From the NCBI RefSeq assembly GCF_001194135.2, contig NC_069008.1, forward strand, positions 6,982,914 to 7,032,920: a stretch of 50,007 nt of DNA, read 5' to 3'. The position numbers and the translations under genes are program-made. This stretch comes from Octopus bimaculoides. Taxonomy: Eukaryota. Positions 1-12,099 of the stretch are shown one piece after another (position 1 is the stretch's first letter; every line of letters starts with the position of its first letter). The notes beneath the pieces were generated by a model, which was given only the letters and a program-made list of their open reading frames with translations, did no database searches and had not been told where the DNA came from.

Positions 1-423
1 ATATATATATATGTATGTATGTATGTATATGTATATATATTTCATATACGGAAAGAGATGACAATGGAATAACCCATGATCTTACGAACTTTATTAAGTT
101 CGTAGGGCGGACTCATAGTTAAGTGCCTGAATAAACAGTTTCATCAGCTGACATGAAGTGATTTCACGTGTGAGGCTCAGCTGAAATTCTAAGGTGTTAC
201 TCATGCTCACATCTCTGGGTCTACCACATCTAAAAGTGGAAACAGTTGTGAGCTAATGAAGTCCATAAGATATTCGTTCATGCCTTTGTCGTCTCTTTTC
301 TGATTACCGCTTCCTTCAGAAGTACACATATATTGAGTTCTACAGAAGATTATTAGTCTCTCAATGCCTAAGCGTAATATTACATAAATGCATACATGAT
401 ATATACATTTTATATATATATAT

Positions 424-660
424 ATATTCATTTATTTACTTATTTGTTTCCGTTATCTGACAGCGGCTATGCGGGAGCACTGCCTTTAGTCGAACATATG
501 GACCCCAGGACTTATTCTTTGTAAGCCTGGTACTTATTCTATCGACGTTTTGCCGATCCGCTAAGTTATGGGGAGGTAAACATACCAACATCGGTTGTCA
601 AGCGATGGTGAGGGGAAAACACACACACAAAGACACACACACACACACACACACCACACA
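424..660 (-). mobile_element. SINE-A, 3' half (5'-truncated), running into its internal (CA)n
   Basis: Matches the copies at 9942 and 23176 (GCGGCTATGCGGGAGCACTGCCTTTAGTCG...CCCCAGGACTTATTCTTTGTAAGCC...CGGTTGTCAAGCGAT). Confidence 0.85.
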
Positions 661-667
661 TATATAT

Positions 668-1082
668 ACTATCTTTTACCTGCTCCGGCCATTAGACTGC
701 GGCCATGCTTGGGCACTGGCACTACCTTGAAGAATTTTTAATGGAATGAATCAACGACCAGTAATTATATTTTTAAAGCCTGACATGTATTCCAAAGTCA
801 TCTTTCGCCGAATTGCTGAGTAAAGATACCAATACCAGTTATCAAGCGTAGGTGGGGGACAAACCTAGACCCAAAGACACACACACGCGCACACATACAC
901 GTACACACACTCACACTCATATACGACGGGCTTCTTTCTATTTTCCGTCAACCAAATCCACTCACTAGGATCTCATCAGCCTGAGACTATAGTAGAAGAC
1001 AAGTGCAAAAGGTGCCACGCAGTGGGACTGAACCCGGAACCATGTGGTTGGGAAGCAAACTGCCTACCACGCACTCACGCCT
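668..1082 (-). mobile_element. SINE-A, near full length with diverged 3' half
   Basis: tRNA-like head on minus strand (B-box GGTTCAGTCCC), internal CA microsatellite, tail GACTGCGGCCATGCT. Confidence 0.8.
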
Positions 1083-1208
1083 ACATACATACATACATAC
1101 ATACATACATACATACGTACGTACGTACATACATACATACATACATACGTACGTACGTACATACATACATACGCGCATATGTGTGTGTGAGCGCTGTATG
1201 CGGTGTGC

Positions 1209-1255
<47 letters not shown>

Positions 1256-1270
1256 CGTGTGTGTGTGCCG
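1082..1270. repeat. Compound microsatellite (TACA)n with two TACG blocks about 32 bp apart, then (GT)n
   Basis: Seen directly. Confidence 0.95.
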
Positions 1271-1714
1271 TGCTTGTGTGATTTGGAGTGCTGCATTTTG
1301 CATGGGGTGCGTGTGAAGAATGACGACATCCACCTGTATACTGGCTTCAAAACTTCATAAGGATTTCATTGGTGTAGCTGCTATTACGTACGATCACGTG
1401 TGCACAGATCAGCCATCAGCAACACCACTACCAGTACGAACCTCTATCAATCATCCTCATAGATCATTATCGCAGAGCCCTACAAAGTGTGATTTCAGGT
1501 TGATGAGCTTAAGACAACTGCAATCAATAGCCACCAGTTTTTTGTTATCTTTCAACTGAAAAGCACTTTTCAATTCATTGAGAACCTTTTGTCGTTCAGT
1601 ACATTAGCACCTATATGAGTAAAAAAAAAAAAAAAACTGGATAATGTAGTATATTCCACATGCTCTTATGAAGTCGTAATAGTTGGCTGGTTGTTGGTTG
1701 GTTAGTCCAGACTA

Positions 1715-1915
1715 TTCCGTAAGGAGAATAGGCCCGGCCTTCCGGTTTCTCTGGCGTACATATTCCTTCTTGGACGGGACGCCGGTCCGTCGCAGGATTA
1801 CTCCTTTTTACCTACTGAGTAGACTGGAGCAACGAGAAATGAAGTGTTTTGCTCAAGCGCACAACGAATCACCCCGTTCAGGAATCGAAGCCACAATCTT
1901 ACAATTATGAGTCTA
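1715..1915 (-). mobile_element. SINE-B with V-domain-like tail; head cut by gap
   Basis: Minus strand reads GCTTGAGCAAAACACTTCATTTC...GCTCCAGTC...AATCCTGCGACGGACCGGCGTCCCGTCCA; matches 32783. Confidence 0.75.
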
Positions 1916-2424
1916 NNNNNNNNNNNNNNNNNNNNNNNNNNNNNNNNNNNNNNNNNNNNNNNNNNNNNNNNNNNNNNNNNNNNNNNNNNNNNNNNNNNNN
2001 NNNNNNNNNNNNNNNNNNNNNNNNNNNNNNNNNNNNNNNNNNNNNNNNNNNNNNNNNNNNNNNNNNNNNNNNNNNNNNNNNNNNNNNNNNNNNNNNNNNN
2101 NNNNNNNNNNNNNNNNNNNNNNNNNNNNNNNNNNNNNNNNNNNNNNNNNNNNNNNNNNNNNNNNNNNNNNNNNNNNNNNNNNNNNNNNNNNNNNNNNNNN
2201 NNNNNNNNNNNNNNNNNNNNNNNNNNNNNNNNNNNNNNNNNNNNNNNNNNNNNNNNNNNNNNNNNNNNNNNNNNNNNNNNNNNNNNNNNNNNNNNNNNNN
2301 NNNNNNNNNNNNNNNNNNNNNNNNNNNNNNNNNNNNNNNNNNNNNNNNNNNNNNNNNNNNNNNNNNNNNNNNNNNNNNNNNNNNNNNNNNNNNNNNNNNN
2401 NNNNNNNNNNNNNNNNNNNNNNNN
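1916..2424. other. Assembly gap. Other gaps: 7770-8136, 10390-10438, 16143-16475, 18924-19112, 20448-20953, 23987-24804, 25435-26346, 30287-30852, 31683-32043, 35056-35494, 40436-40855, 43645-43732, 46704-47481, 48849-49323
   Basis: Runs of N, most flanked by (AT)n or (CA)n microsatellites. Confidence 1.
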
Positions 2425-2550
2425 ACAGACACGCACACACACACACAAACAGACACGCACTCGCACTCTCGCTCTTTCTCTCTCCTTCTCTTTCTCTGTA
2501 TCTCTGTCTTCCTCAGCTCTATCTCCTCCTCCCATTATATATGTATATAG

Positions 2551-2593
<43 letters not shown>

Positions 2594-2696
2594 AAGAGAG
2601 CGAGAGGGAGGGAGAGCGAGATAGAGAAAGATATATGCATAAATACATACATAGACAGATAGACAGACAGGCAGATAGAGAGTGATAGACAAGCAA

Positions 2697-2737
<41 letters not shown>

Positions 2738-2815
2738 TAGACAGACAGATAGACAGATAGATAGATAGATAGATAGATAATAGAGACAGAGAGAGTGCGA
2801 TAAAGAGAGAGAAGG
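2425..2815. repeat. Compound microsatellite CA/CT/AT/GA/GACA/GATA
   Basis: Seen directly. Confidence 0.95.
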
Positions 2816-2964
2816 AGAGGGAAAAGGAGGGGTGAATGTGTAAACGGAGGCCTTGAAGCAATAAATATTTTGGGTAATAAAACAATTGCTTCCGGTATAA
2901 ACACAACTGAGTTAAGCATGGCTTGAGGCAGTCCAGACACCCAAGTAACCTCAGTCACATCGCA

Positions 2965-3001
<37 letters not shown>

Positions 3002-3207
3002 GTTGTATGCGTGAAGGCATACAGGACAGACTGGCAGACATCAGTACGTCTCATTCAGACCTCTATACTCCACCCTCCACACAGCAGCAACTCAAGCCCG
3101 ACAGTCGGGATCAATAAAAAAATTGTGGGCGTAATCATCAGTCAGGGACCCCAGATTATTCACTCTCTACTCAAGATGTGGTATTCTTAAACAGCAGTGG
3201 TGTGCGC

Positions 3208-3768
3208 GTATGTATGTATGTATGTATGTATGTATGTATGTATGTATGTATGTATGTATGCATGCATGTACTCATGTATGTATGTATGTATGTATCTAAG
3301 TATGTATGTATGCATTATACATCGATGTATGTATACATGCACGCATGTATGTATGTGTGTATGTATAAACGTATGTATGCATGTATGTATATATGCATGT
3401 ATGTCATTGTTCAGTTTTATTTAAAGATTTCTTGTCAATAGAGAAAGAGCTGGTTTCTAACCTAGATTCAAGGCTTCTTCATTGGAATTTCAAGATCAAC
3501 AACAGGGTATGTATGTATGTATGTATGTATGTATGTATGTATGTATGTATGTGCAGATTTGTATGTTTTATGTATGTATTCTCATGCATATAGTTGCATA
3601 TCTAGACAAGCTCATATATATTTAAATGATAAACTTCTGGAAAGTCTTACAGATTTTTACAGTTCCAGTGATGGATTGAATCGGTAGTTTTATGTATGCA
3701 TGTACATATGCATGCATGCATGCATGTATGTATGTATGTATGTATGTATGTATGTATGTATGTATGTA
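3208..3768. repeat. (TATG)n array interrupted by a retrotransposon 3' end
   Basis: TATG tracts on both sides of 3404-3689. Confidence 0.9.
3404..3689 (-). mobile_element. 3' end of an RLE-type (R4/Dong/NeSL-like) non-LTR retrotransposon, 5'-truncated
   Basis: Reverse complement matches 26720-27066 (AAACTTCTGGAAAGT, CTAACCTAGAT.CAAGGCT, GGAATTTCAA, AACAACAGGGTAT). Confidence 0.8.
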
Positions 3769-3867
3769 CAGTGTAATGTATGCATTGTTGTTGTTCATCC
3801 CTAAATCAGAACTGCTTTCAGTAGACCCTTAATCCATTACATTCAATATGACCATCCCAACATTTTA

Positions 3868-4190
3868 GGCTTATGGTTTGGTGGTTAAGGTATTCGGCTC
3901 CCGATCGTAAGGTCGTGATTTCAATTCTCAGTGACGCGTTGCGTCCTTGAGCAAGACACTTTATTTCACGTTTCTCCAGTCCGCTCAGCTCGCAAACATG
4001 AGTAGTCCTTGTATTTCAAAGGGCCAGCCTTGTCACACTGTGTCATGCTGAATATCCCCAAGAACTACATTAAGGGTACACGTGTCTGTGGAGTACTCAG
4101 CCACTTGCACGTTAACTTCCCGAGCAGGCTGTTCCGTTGATCGGATCAACTGGAACGCTCGTCGTCGTAACTGACGGAGTGCCATAAAAA
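3868..4190 (+). mobile_element. SINE-B, tail type 1, full length
   Basis: tRNA-like head (GTGGTTAAGGTATTCGGCTC...TTTCAATTCTC), core CCTTGAGCAAGACACTTTATTTCACG; tail shared with 14885. Confidence 0.9.
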
Positions 4191-4294
4191 CTATGGTGGT
4201 GGTGAAGGTTGTGAAGGTGATATTGGTGGTGTTTAACCTTTTCTACTGTCAATTCCAAACACTGCATTTTTTTATTCTTCAATCGGCGAAAACT

Positions 4295-4516
4295 CATACG
4301 TGCACATACACGCACACATCCATCCATACATGCATACATACATACATAGATACTTATACTCATGCAGACCTCGACATCTCCATACCCGATCACATTCATA
4401 CACACACAAACAAACGCATACATACACAAACAAACACATAGACATACACACACACACACGCACTCATACACACATTCACGCACACTCATACACATATTCA
4501 AACACATGCATACACA

Positions 4517-4556
<40 letters not shown>
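4295..4556. repeat. Degenerate (CA)n/(CATA)n
   Basis: Seen directly. Confidence 0.9.
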
Positions 4557-4557
<1 letters not shown>

Positions 4558-4859
4558 GCACTTTCATATCTCCATGTGAAAATGTATACCTCTGAGTTAA
4601 TATTTTTGTCCCCACAATAGCCTATTACAACAGCCGGCCACTTAATTTTTCACCTCCAGATGTTAGTTTATACATAACTTCTTAATTGCTAGAGTGGGGA
4701 CCATAGTAACTCCCTAATGTAGCCCCCCTAATAATGAAAATATAATGAAATTGTCGCAAACCCTATGGCAGCCATTATACTAATGATCGAAGCGAGGTGG
4801 CTGAATTGTTAATGAAATTAGCAATACGCTCCATATAAAACATAAAGCTTCAAATACAA

Positions 4860-4955
4860 TCTTGCTCGGACTGGTGCTTTTTTAGGTGGGGGGGGGGACT
4901 TTCTAGGTGCAATCCCATGGTCATTCATGACCGAAGGTGGGGCTACACCTTTATA
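4860..4955 (+). mobile_element. Isolated SINE-B tail type 3 fragment
   Basis: TTTCTAGGTGCAATCCCATGGTCATTCATGACCGAAGG matches 17280-17320. Confidence 0.7.
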
Positions 4956-6723
4956 ACATTATGGCAGGCTAATGATTTAAAGCGATATCTATGTTGTGCA
5001 ATTTTCTTTTGGTTTCGTAAATGGTGAGTATTTAAATAAGTATCTCAAAGATTTTTTCTAGCTCTACCCAACTGTAATCAGCCAGTCATCTCGATATAAA
5101 CCTTTTTGTAAATTAATAGATTTATTATGTAATAAATGTATAACATACAAACCAACAAAATCACAATTTTCTGCAGAGTCGTTTTAACGAACATCGGACA
5201 AACTGGCAAAATACTTTTACACGCCAAACTAAACCAAAGGATTTTCTTTTGTTTTAGTGTGCATATTCACTGGTTTCCTGTTTTGAGCATAAACTCGTTT
5301 GATTTATTTCTTTAATAAAAGAGAATTAGTTATGATCATGAAACTTAACGCAATTTGTGAATTTTACTGAGAGAAATTTGGTTGCAACAATGACGATTGC
5401 TGGTGTTAATATGGAAGCTTTGTTTGTGGATTGCATGGAATTGATAGAACCGCTCCAGAAACTTCGCTGAAGTGTCTAAATGGAAAACAGCAACTCCATC
5501 ATTCTGAATCTTTGCTCCATGAACACCAGTATACAATTAGTAGAAATGGACACAAGCCCTCGACCATCGTTCCTCCCACATAGCCCCCTTTTATGGACAG
5601 TGGGGTGTTTGTCGAGACTATATAGAAGTTCCGTCACAGGCTCATGAGGTCCTTATTTTAACAGATAGAAGGGAATTTATTTAAGGAATTTATTTATTGT
5701 TGTTAAATTTCGCAGATAATGCGAGAACATAGAAGCTCCCTCATTTACTCCCGTGATCCCTTATTTTAACAGACAGGAGGCTCTTACAAAAGCTTTCTCA
5801 TTGTAGTTATTGCTGCTGCTGTTGAAGTTGTTATTGTAGTGCGGCCCCTCTACAACACTCTCTCTCTCTCCTTCTCTCTCCCTCACCCTCTCCTGAAGTG
5901 ACCCCTTCATTAAACATGCTCGTGTAGGCCCAGTTGTTTGGCTAATTTATAGTTCCCTTATTGCGTATCCGAGCCTTGTTATGAATGAAAAGGAGGCAAG
6001 GGGGAATTGCCTTTGGGGCGGGGGAAGTTTGTTTGGTTTCAAGGGTCAAATGACGCGAGTGGTTTGTTGTATGTACGTATGTATGTATGTGGGGTATGAT
6101 AAGGCCTGTATTGGTTGTGGTGGTAGTGGCGGCGTGTTTAGTTTAGACGGTTGTGTACTAACATAACGTAAGGCATTAACGTTGCAAACGATGGTGATGA
6201 AGAGGAAGAGAGCAGAAGGAGGAGACGGAGGAGGAGAATGTTTAATGTTCTTTTTGTCGGCATTATTATTACTTGTCGTTGTTATTCAACTTCCGCTCCT
6301 GATACTGTTGTTATTTTTATCACTCTCGTTTTTATTGTTGTCTTTGTTGCTTATAATTTTTGTTGCTGTTGTTGTTTTGTTTGCAAGCCATGTCGCAGTT
6401 ATGTTCTCGAACTCGTCATGCTCCGATTACTGCACATGTGTAAGATGATACACCTACACGGTCGACCTTCCGCCCAGTGGGTGTCCGCACTCTTGCTCAG
6501 CTGAACGATACTTCTTGAACGGTAGACATGTACCTGCCAACGTAGAGGTATGTTTTGTGTCTATAGGGGTGAAGCAAAGTCTCTGGGTGCAACGAATAAT
6601 GGCGAAAAGAGGCTCAACCGTAGATGACATCTTTACTTGATTCTTTGAGTGGCTAAAAATAGTAACCGGTCTTCTTCAAAACACTTCTATCATCTGTATA
6701 AAAGAGAGAACATATAGAATAAT

Positions 6724-6899
6724 ACAGTTCTATATTTAAGAGATGAGGAATTATTTACATTATTTACATTATTTACATTATTTACATTTGACGGATATTT
6801 CTCCTCATCTTGTTTGTTGGAGGGTATATCAGCCGAAACGTTGTGTTAACAACAAACAAGATGAGGAGAAATATCCGTCAAATGTAAATAATGTAAATA
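6724..6899. mobile_element. Inverted-repeat insertion, probable Penelope-like pseudo-LTR remnant, with 12-bp TSD
   Basis: Perfect IR of about 51 bp (about 6769-6819 and 6850-6900); spacer contains CAGCCGAAACGTT; ATATAGAATAAT at 6712-6723 and 6900-6911. Confidence 0.65.
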
Positions 6900-7129
6900 A
6901 TATAGAATAATGTAGTTTAAGATAAACTGCCAGTAAAGGTGATGTGGTCACGGCTAGAATGCTTTTTGTTTACAAGTTTTCCAAGTGGGTATTCAATGGG
7001 AGCTAAATAACAGCAGGAGCGGACGAGTGACTATATTGTCACTCTACAGAGTGAAAATTACTTCCTGTCATCTTTAAAAAGAGAAGACATTTCAGAAAAT
7101 GCAGATTTAGATATATCTCATCTGCATAG

Positions 7130-7480
7130 CAGATGAGATGGCAACGGCAGGAATTTGCATTTAAAGCTGTGAGAAACAGCATAGCAGGATGCATCAAGAA
7201 TTGTTGGGTACAACATACGACTGATGTTTGTGAAAAGAACTATGGAACCAAGATTATCATACCAACCAAAGTGGCTTACCTATAGCATTGGCAAATTTGG
7301 TAACCAAGAACGAAAATAATGTCTTGCCAGAAACATACGCGCCCATTGCTTGCCTAAACATTATATCAAACTTTACACAAGTTGTCTGGACCAATTCCTC
7401 TGAGATCATTGCAAGTCCCAAAAAATTAAGTGACTGTTGAGCAGAGAAGAGGAATTAAGTACTGAGGCAATAGACTGAAC
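7130..7480 (+). pseudogene. Degenerate reverse-transcriptase fragment of an RLE-type non-LTR element
   Basis: Frameshifted translation QPKWLT / LVTKNENNVLPETYAPIACLNI / KLYTSCLDQFL*DHC resembles the R4-type motif PxWLT...PxNYRPIxCL...YKLxTS. Confidence 0.55.
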
Positions 7481-7612
7481 ACATTTTAATTTAATTAATG
7501 AAGAAAATATTATAGAAGTTTTATGACAGTATGTCTAGTATCACTAAAGTGTTAAATGGTTTAGTTGCTGTTATTGAAAGACCCACGAACATCTAGAACC
7601 ATCTTCACTTCT

Positions 7613-7660
7613 GTAACTGAGGTCCTCACTTCTGTTTCCAGAAGTGAGGACCTCAGTTAC
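7613..7660. repeat. Perfect 22-bp inverted repeat with 4-nt loop
   Basis: GTAACTGAGGTCCTCACTTCTG-TTTC-CAGAAGTGAGGACCTCAGTTAC. Confidence 0.95.
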
Positions 7661-8277
7661 CGAATTTAAAACTTTGTATGTATATATGTATGTATGCATG
7701 CATGTCTGTATTTATGTGTATGTGTATATATGTGTGTGTATGTGTGCGTATATATATATATATATATATNNNNNNNNNNNNNNNNNNNNNNNNNNNNNNN
7801 NNNNNNNNNNNNNNNNNNNNNNNNNNNNNNNNNNNNNNNNNNNNNNNNNNNNNNNNNNNNNNNNNNNNNNNNNNNNNNNNNNNNNNNNNNNNNNNNNNNN
7901 NNNNNNNNNNNNNNNNNNNNNNNNNNNNNNNNNNNNNNNNNNNNNNNNNNNNNNNNNNNNNNNNNNNNNNNNNNNNNNNNNNNNNNNNNNNNNNNNNNNN
8001 NNNNNNNNNNNNNNNNNNNNNNNNNNNNNNNNNNNNNNNNNNNNNNNNNNNNNNNNNNNNNNNNNNNNNNNNNNNNNNNNNNNNNNNNNNNNNNNNNNNN
8101 NNNNNNNNNNNNNNNNNNNNNNNNNNNNNNNNNNNNCACACACACATTTATACATATACATATACATATTCAATGCATGCATGTGTATGTGTGTATGCAC
8201 AAACTCGTGTGTAACAATAAAAAACAATAACAACAATAGCAACAACAATTACAAAAGCATGACAATAACATTCACAT

Positions 8278-8308
<31 letters not shown>

Positions 8309-8479
8309 CATGAATGTAAGTGCATATGTGAATATATGCGTGTTGTGCTGTGGGTTTGGCTTGTGGATAGCGTATGAGATATGGGGGCGGGAAAGCAATG
8401 AAATTGATGGACGGGTTTATGTTAAGGGGTTATGTTAAAGAGGCAGATGGCTTGTTTGAGAAAGGGAACACGTTTTCCT

Positions 8480-8790
8480 TACAACAGCAGCAGCAACAAC
8501 AAAAACAACAACGACAACAACAACAACAACAACAGTGTCGACGATGACAACAACACCAATAATGACGACGACAACAATGACATAAACAGCAATAGTAACA
8601 AAAACAACGACAACAGTATCAGCAAAAACAAACTAGAAAATAACATCATTGAACATCTACAAAAACAACGCTAACAACAGCCACTACAACAACAATAGTA
8701 GAAGGAGCAGTAAGAACAATCTTAACAGGAGTCACAGCAGTAAAACAACAGCAACAACAATAACAAAAGCATGAACAAAGGCAACAGTAG
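8480..8790. repeat. Degenerate (CAA)n/(AAC)n low-complexity tract
   Basis: Seen directly. Confidence 0.9.
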
Positions 8791-8839
8791 AATCAATAGA
8801 AAAAAAAATTATGGCATTTACACTAAATACACAATGTGT

Positions 8840-8930
8840 TCTGTACGTTCTGAGTTCAACTCCTGCTAAAGTCAATTTTAAGATTCATTCTCTAAGGATT
8901 CGATGAAATACCAAAGTCTCATCGGCTTTG
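8840..8930 (+). mobile_element. Old SINE-C fragment
   Basis: TACGTTCTGAGTTCAACTCC matches the SINE-C B-box region. Confidence 0.55.
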
Positions 8931-8954
8931 TTTGCTATTCAAACTGATTGAGCC

Positions 8955-9145
8955 AATGGTGTATAATGGTTGTTGTCCTAGGTATGCTGCCACACCCAAT
9001 GCCACCAAATTTCAAGCAAGGGTATAACAAAGTATTCCATTAAGATTTGTGATTAAATTAATGAGTAAGGTTAATATTTAAAACGAATTTGCCATTTTTG
9101 ATGGGTATGCAGCGCATACCTAGCATACCCGGAATACACGCTCCT
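8955..9145. mobile_element. Possible degenerate MITE
   Basis: Imperfect inverted ends CTAGGTATGCTGCCACACCC and GGGTATGCAGCGCATACCTAG. Confidence 0.35.
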
Positions 9146-9379
9146 GATTGAGATACCATTTGGTATAATTGAATAGTCAATCATTTTATACTGCCGTGCA
9201 GATAGACGTTATGTCACGAAGATGAATGACAGAATACGAAAGCTCAAGAAGTCTAACTAAATGGAGTCAGCTATAACATAGGAACTCCATGACACATTGA
9301 AGACTCTCCAATGGTTGGAAATTGTTGCGTGTCATCAGTTAAGTAATCAGACGGTACATATCTATTAACAGACCAGCTA

Positions 9380-9830
9380 GGAATAGTGGGGATACTGAGG
9401 AGAACACTCTAACCAGTATCGAAATCATCAAAACCCAGTGGAATCTTGCGAAATGCTCGTCATTCACCGATATAGACCAGCCACCGACATTTCCCTTCAA
9501 AACGCTGAAGAAGAGGAAGTGTCTAGGTTTAAACATCATTTCAGTAGATACAAGGAAGGAGAGCGGATGCAGGTGTACAGAATGGTTTTATAATAAAGGC
9601 ATGGAACCAAAAGTATATTCCTTAACATCGGAAAGATGCTAAACCATTATAACAAAAAAAAAATGCTGTTAAATCTTGTAAGTGGTTAAGTATACAGGAT
9701 AAACTAATACTGAAAATGGTTTGGTAGGGAAAAAAAGACGCTTACACCAAAAGAACCGATTACACGACGTTTATTTGACACAAGGGAATAATTCCTACAT
9801 GTGTGAACGCCATGGGAGAACAATAATGGC
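9380..9830 (+). pseudogene. Highly degenerate Penelope-like (Neptune-type) ORF remnant
   Basis: EEEVSRFKHHFSRYKEGERMQVYR and CVNAMGE resemble MQFTRYGQKDRIRVYR and FVEATANGEL of the 18-kb copy. Confidence 0.35.
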
Positions 9831-9941
9831 TGGAAATCTGCGTCAAGCTGTCAAAAACCTCCATAAAAATGTCTTACAAAGTCTACAAAATATTGATACG
9901 GAGAACAATATTTACAAATATACATATATACATTATATATA

Positions 9942-10389
9942 TACTCTTTACTCTTTTACTCTTTTACTTGTTTCAGTCATTTGACTGCGGCCATGCTGGA
10001 GCACCGCCTTTAGTCGAGCCAATCGACCCCAGGACTTATTCTTTGTAAGCCTAGTACTTATTTTATCGGTCTCTTTTGCCGAACCGCTAAGTTACGGGGC
10101 CGTAAACACACCAGCATCGGTTGTCAAGCGATGTTGGGGGCACAAACACAGACACACAAACATGCACACATACACACACAGGCACACACACACACGCACG
10201 CATACACACGCACGCACACACATATATATATACATATATACAACGGGCTTCTTTCAGTTTCTGTCTACCAAATCCACTCACAAAGCTTTGGTCGGCCCGA
10301 GGCTATAGTAGAAGACACTTGCCCAAGTTGCCACGCAGTGGGACTGAACCCAGAACCATGTAGTTGGTAAGGAAGGTACTTACCACACA
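9942..10389 (-). mobile_element. SINE-A, near full length, young
   Basis: (AAAAGAGT)n-type tail, internal CA tract, tRNA-like head with B-box GGTTCAGTCCC running into the gap. Confidence 0.92.
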
Positions 10390-10440
10390 NNNNNNNNNNN
10401 NNNNNNNNNNNNNNNNNNNNNNNNNNNNNNNNNNNNNNAT

Positions 10441-11950
10441 ATATATTGATGGTCGACCATATCTAAGGCTTCGATTGATCCAAGTTTCTCAGGGCCCCAC
10501 TCATGCCAGCTTCTTTACCAACCCTCTCTATGACGTATGGCGTGAGGTGGAGGTTGTCGTATATAGATCTGTTAGGGATTGCGCATGTCTACGCATCACC
10601 GACATTCTGGAAACAACAAGCGCCAACCGCTTTGCCAAAATTTTGTAATCTGCATTTAGCAGAGTTACAGGCCTAAAATTATCCATAATATCCCCCTTGT
10701 TCGGATCTTTTCTCAGTAGTGTCACCACACCTCGGCTCACAGATCTGGGAATTCTCCCGTTTTGCCTCCAATTGCGGTAGACATCTACCAAAAGTTCAAA
10801 GTTCACCAAAACAAAGCTGGCATATGAATATAAAGCTCAAAGGGTAGACCATCCAATCCGGAGACCTTTCCTTCGTACAACTAGCCAACGCGTCACGTAT
10901 CGCTTCAGCTGATATCGGCCTTTTGTAGCACTCCGCATCCCTGGCCGAAAGCCGTGGCAGGCCATCGAGATAGGTGGTGAGGTTCACCCCCGTCTTCGTA
11001 CCACCAAGCGCTCCGTAGAATTCAGCAAAGTGCCACTAAAATTCCACGCAAATCTACCTAGACTGGTATAGCAAACGCCCTTTTCGGCCCGTCAAAGACC
11101 AAATCGACATTTTGTTACCATGTGCCGTAGCCACCCGAACCCATCGAACGGCTTTTGTTCCTTCCTGTCTTAGAGCACGTGCCCTAGCTCTGACAATGCT
11201 TGGCGTTGAAGAACCGTTTCAGAACTAATGTCGCCGCCAGCACATCGGCTGCAATGCCTCTGCTAAGCGCCTTTTCTAACTGCCTAACTAAGTCTCCCTC
11301 TAGTCTAGTTTCCTCTATCGCTAGATCTCTGCTAAATTCTACAGCTTCTACTCTAATCGGCCGTTTCAGGGCTACCCACCATCGGTTGCTGAGGACTGCT
11401 ATCATCAACTTTCGATAGACTAACTTGTTAAGCCGGTCTCTGAAAGCTTGACGCGCCGGAGGAACGCGTTCAGCTTCCAGTGTCCGGGATTCTGCCTATG
11501 GAGCCTATATAGGTCAACCATACAGATCACTAATCTGTGGTCTGTATAGCTGACGAGTTCCAATCGTGGACAACCTATGCTATCGCTATCTGCTGGCCTA
11601 CAAAATACCCTCTCTAGATAAGATCTGGATGACCCGACGCTGATGGCCAATGTCCACTCTGGAGCATTCGGAAATCCAGTCTGAACCTGTTAGCGAGCTG
11701 GAAACGACGGAGCTAGTTTGTGAGGTTTGCGCACCCCACTTTCCTACGTGCTAGCCTCACCCAGTTCACATGTGCATCCAAGATGGTGTTCCAGTCGCCT
11801 ACTAAATCTAAAGAGCGAGACGTCTCAAGAAAGGCCTCCAAACGTCTGAAGATATCCGGCTGCCCCGATCCAGTCGGTGCATACACAGCGACCAGTCTAA
11901 AAGCACTGCCTTCATTATCTTCATTTAAGAACCACCATGCTGGCCAGGAC
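10441..11950 (-). pseudogene. ORF2 (APE endonuclease plus N-terminal RT), frameshifted; N-terminal APE motifs apparently deleted
   Basis: ORF pieces 11713-11976, 11420-11650, 11184-11408, 10796-10987 and 10528-10809 are in collinear domain order. Confidence 0.85.
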
Positions 11951-12099
11951 ATAAGGAAAAGAAAAAGGAATGTCACTTAACCTCCCGGTGCTGTTGGTGG
12001 TCGAGTGATTCTTCCACCCAGTCTGATTGGTTGAGTTTCTCTGGAAACCCCCTTAAAAGCCATCTGGTGGCTGATACACTAGGAGTTCCTATGTCGTTA

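Noticed and set aside
82-160. 9-bp hairpin and nearby CTGATGA on the minus strand as a hammerhead
   Set aside because: No GAAA core at a suitable distance and no stem I or III.
1082-1172. CRISPR-like regular array
   Set aside because: Simple-sequence duplication without unique spacers; eukaryotic context, no cas genes.
987-1360. ORFs with MYVC / HTHT / YIHT repeats (and similar ones at 3.2, 4.1, 25, 36.4, 43.8 and 48.4 kb)
   Set aside because: Translations of stop-free microsatellites; no coding signal.
1798-3054. Long ORFs such as the 418-aa one and all X-rich ORFs
   Set aside because: Artefacts of reading through N-gaps.
3868-3945. tRNA gene (also at other SINE heads)
   Set aside because: A and B boxes are present but the cloverleaf is incomplete and each continues into a SINE body.
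5345-5536. 63-aa ORF as a host exon
   Set aside because: No recognisable motif or convincing splice sites.
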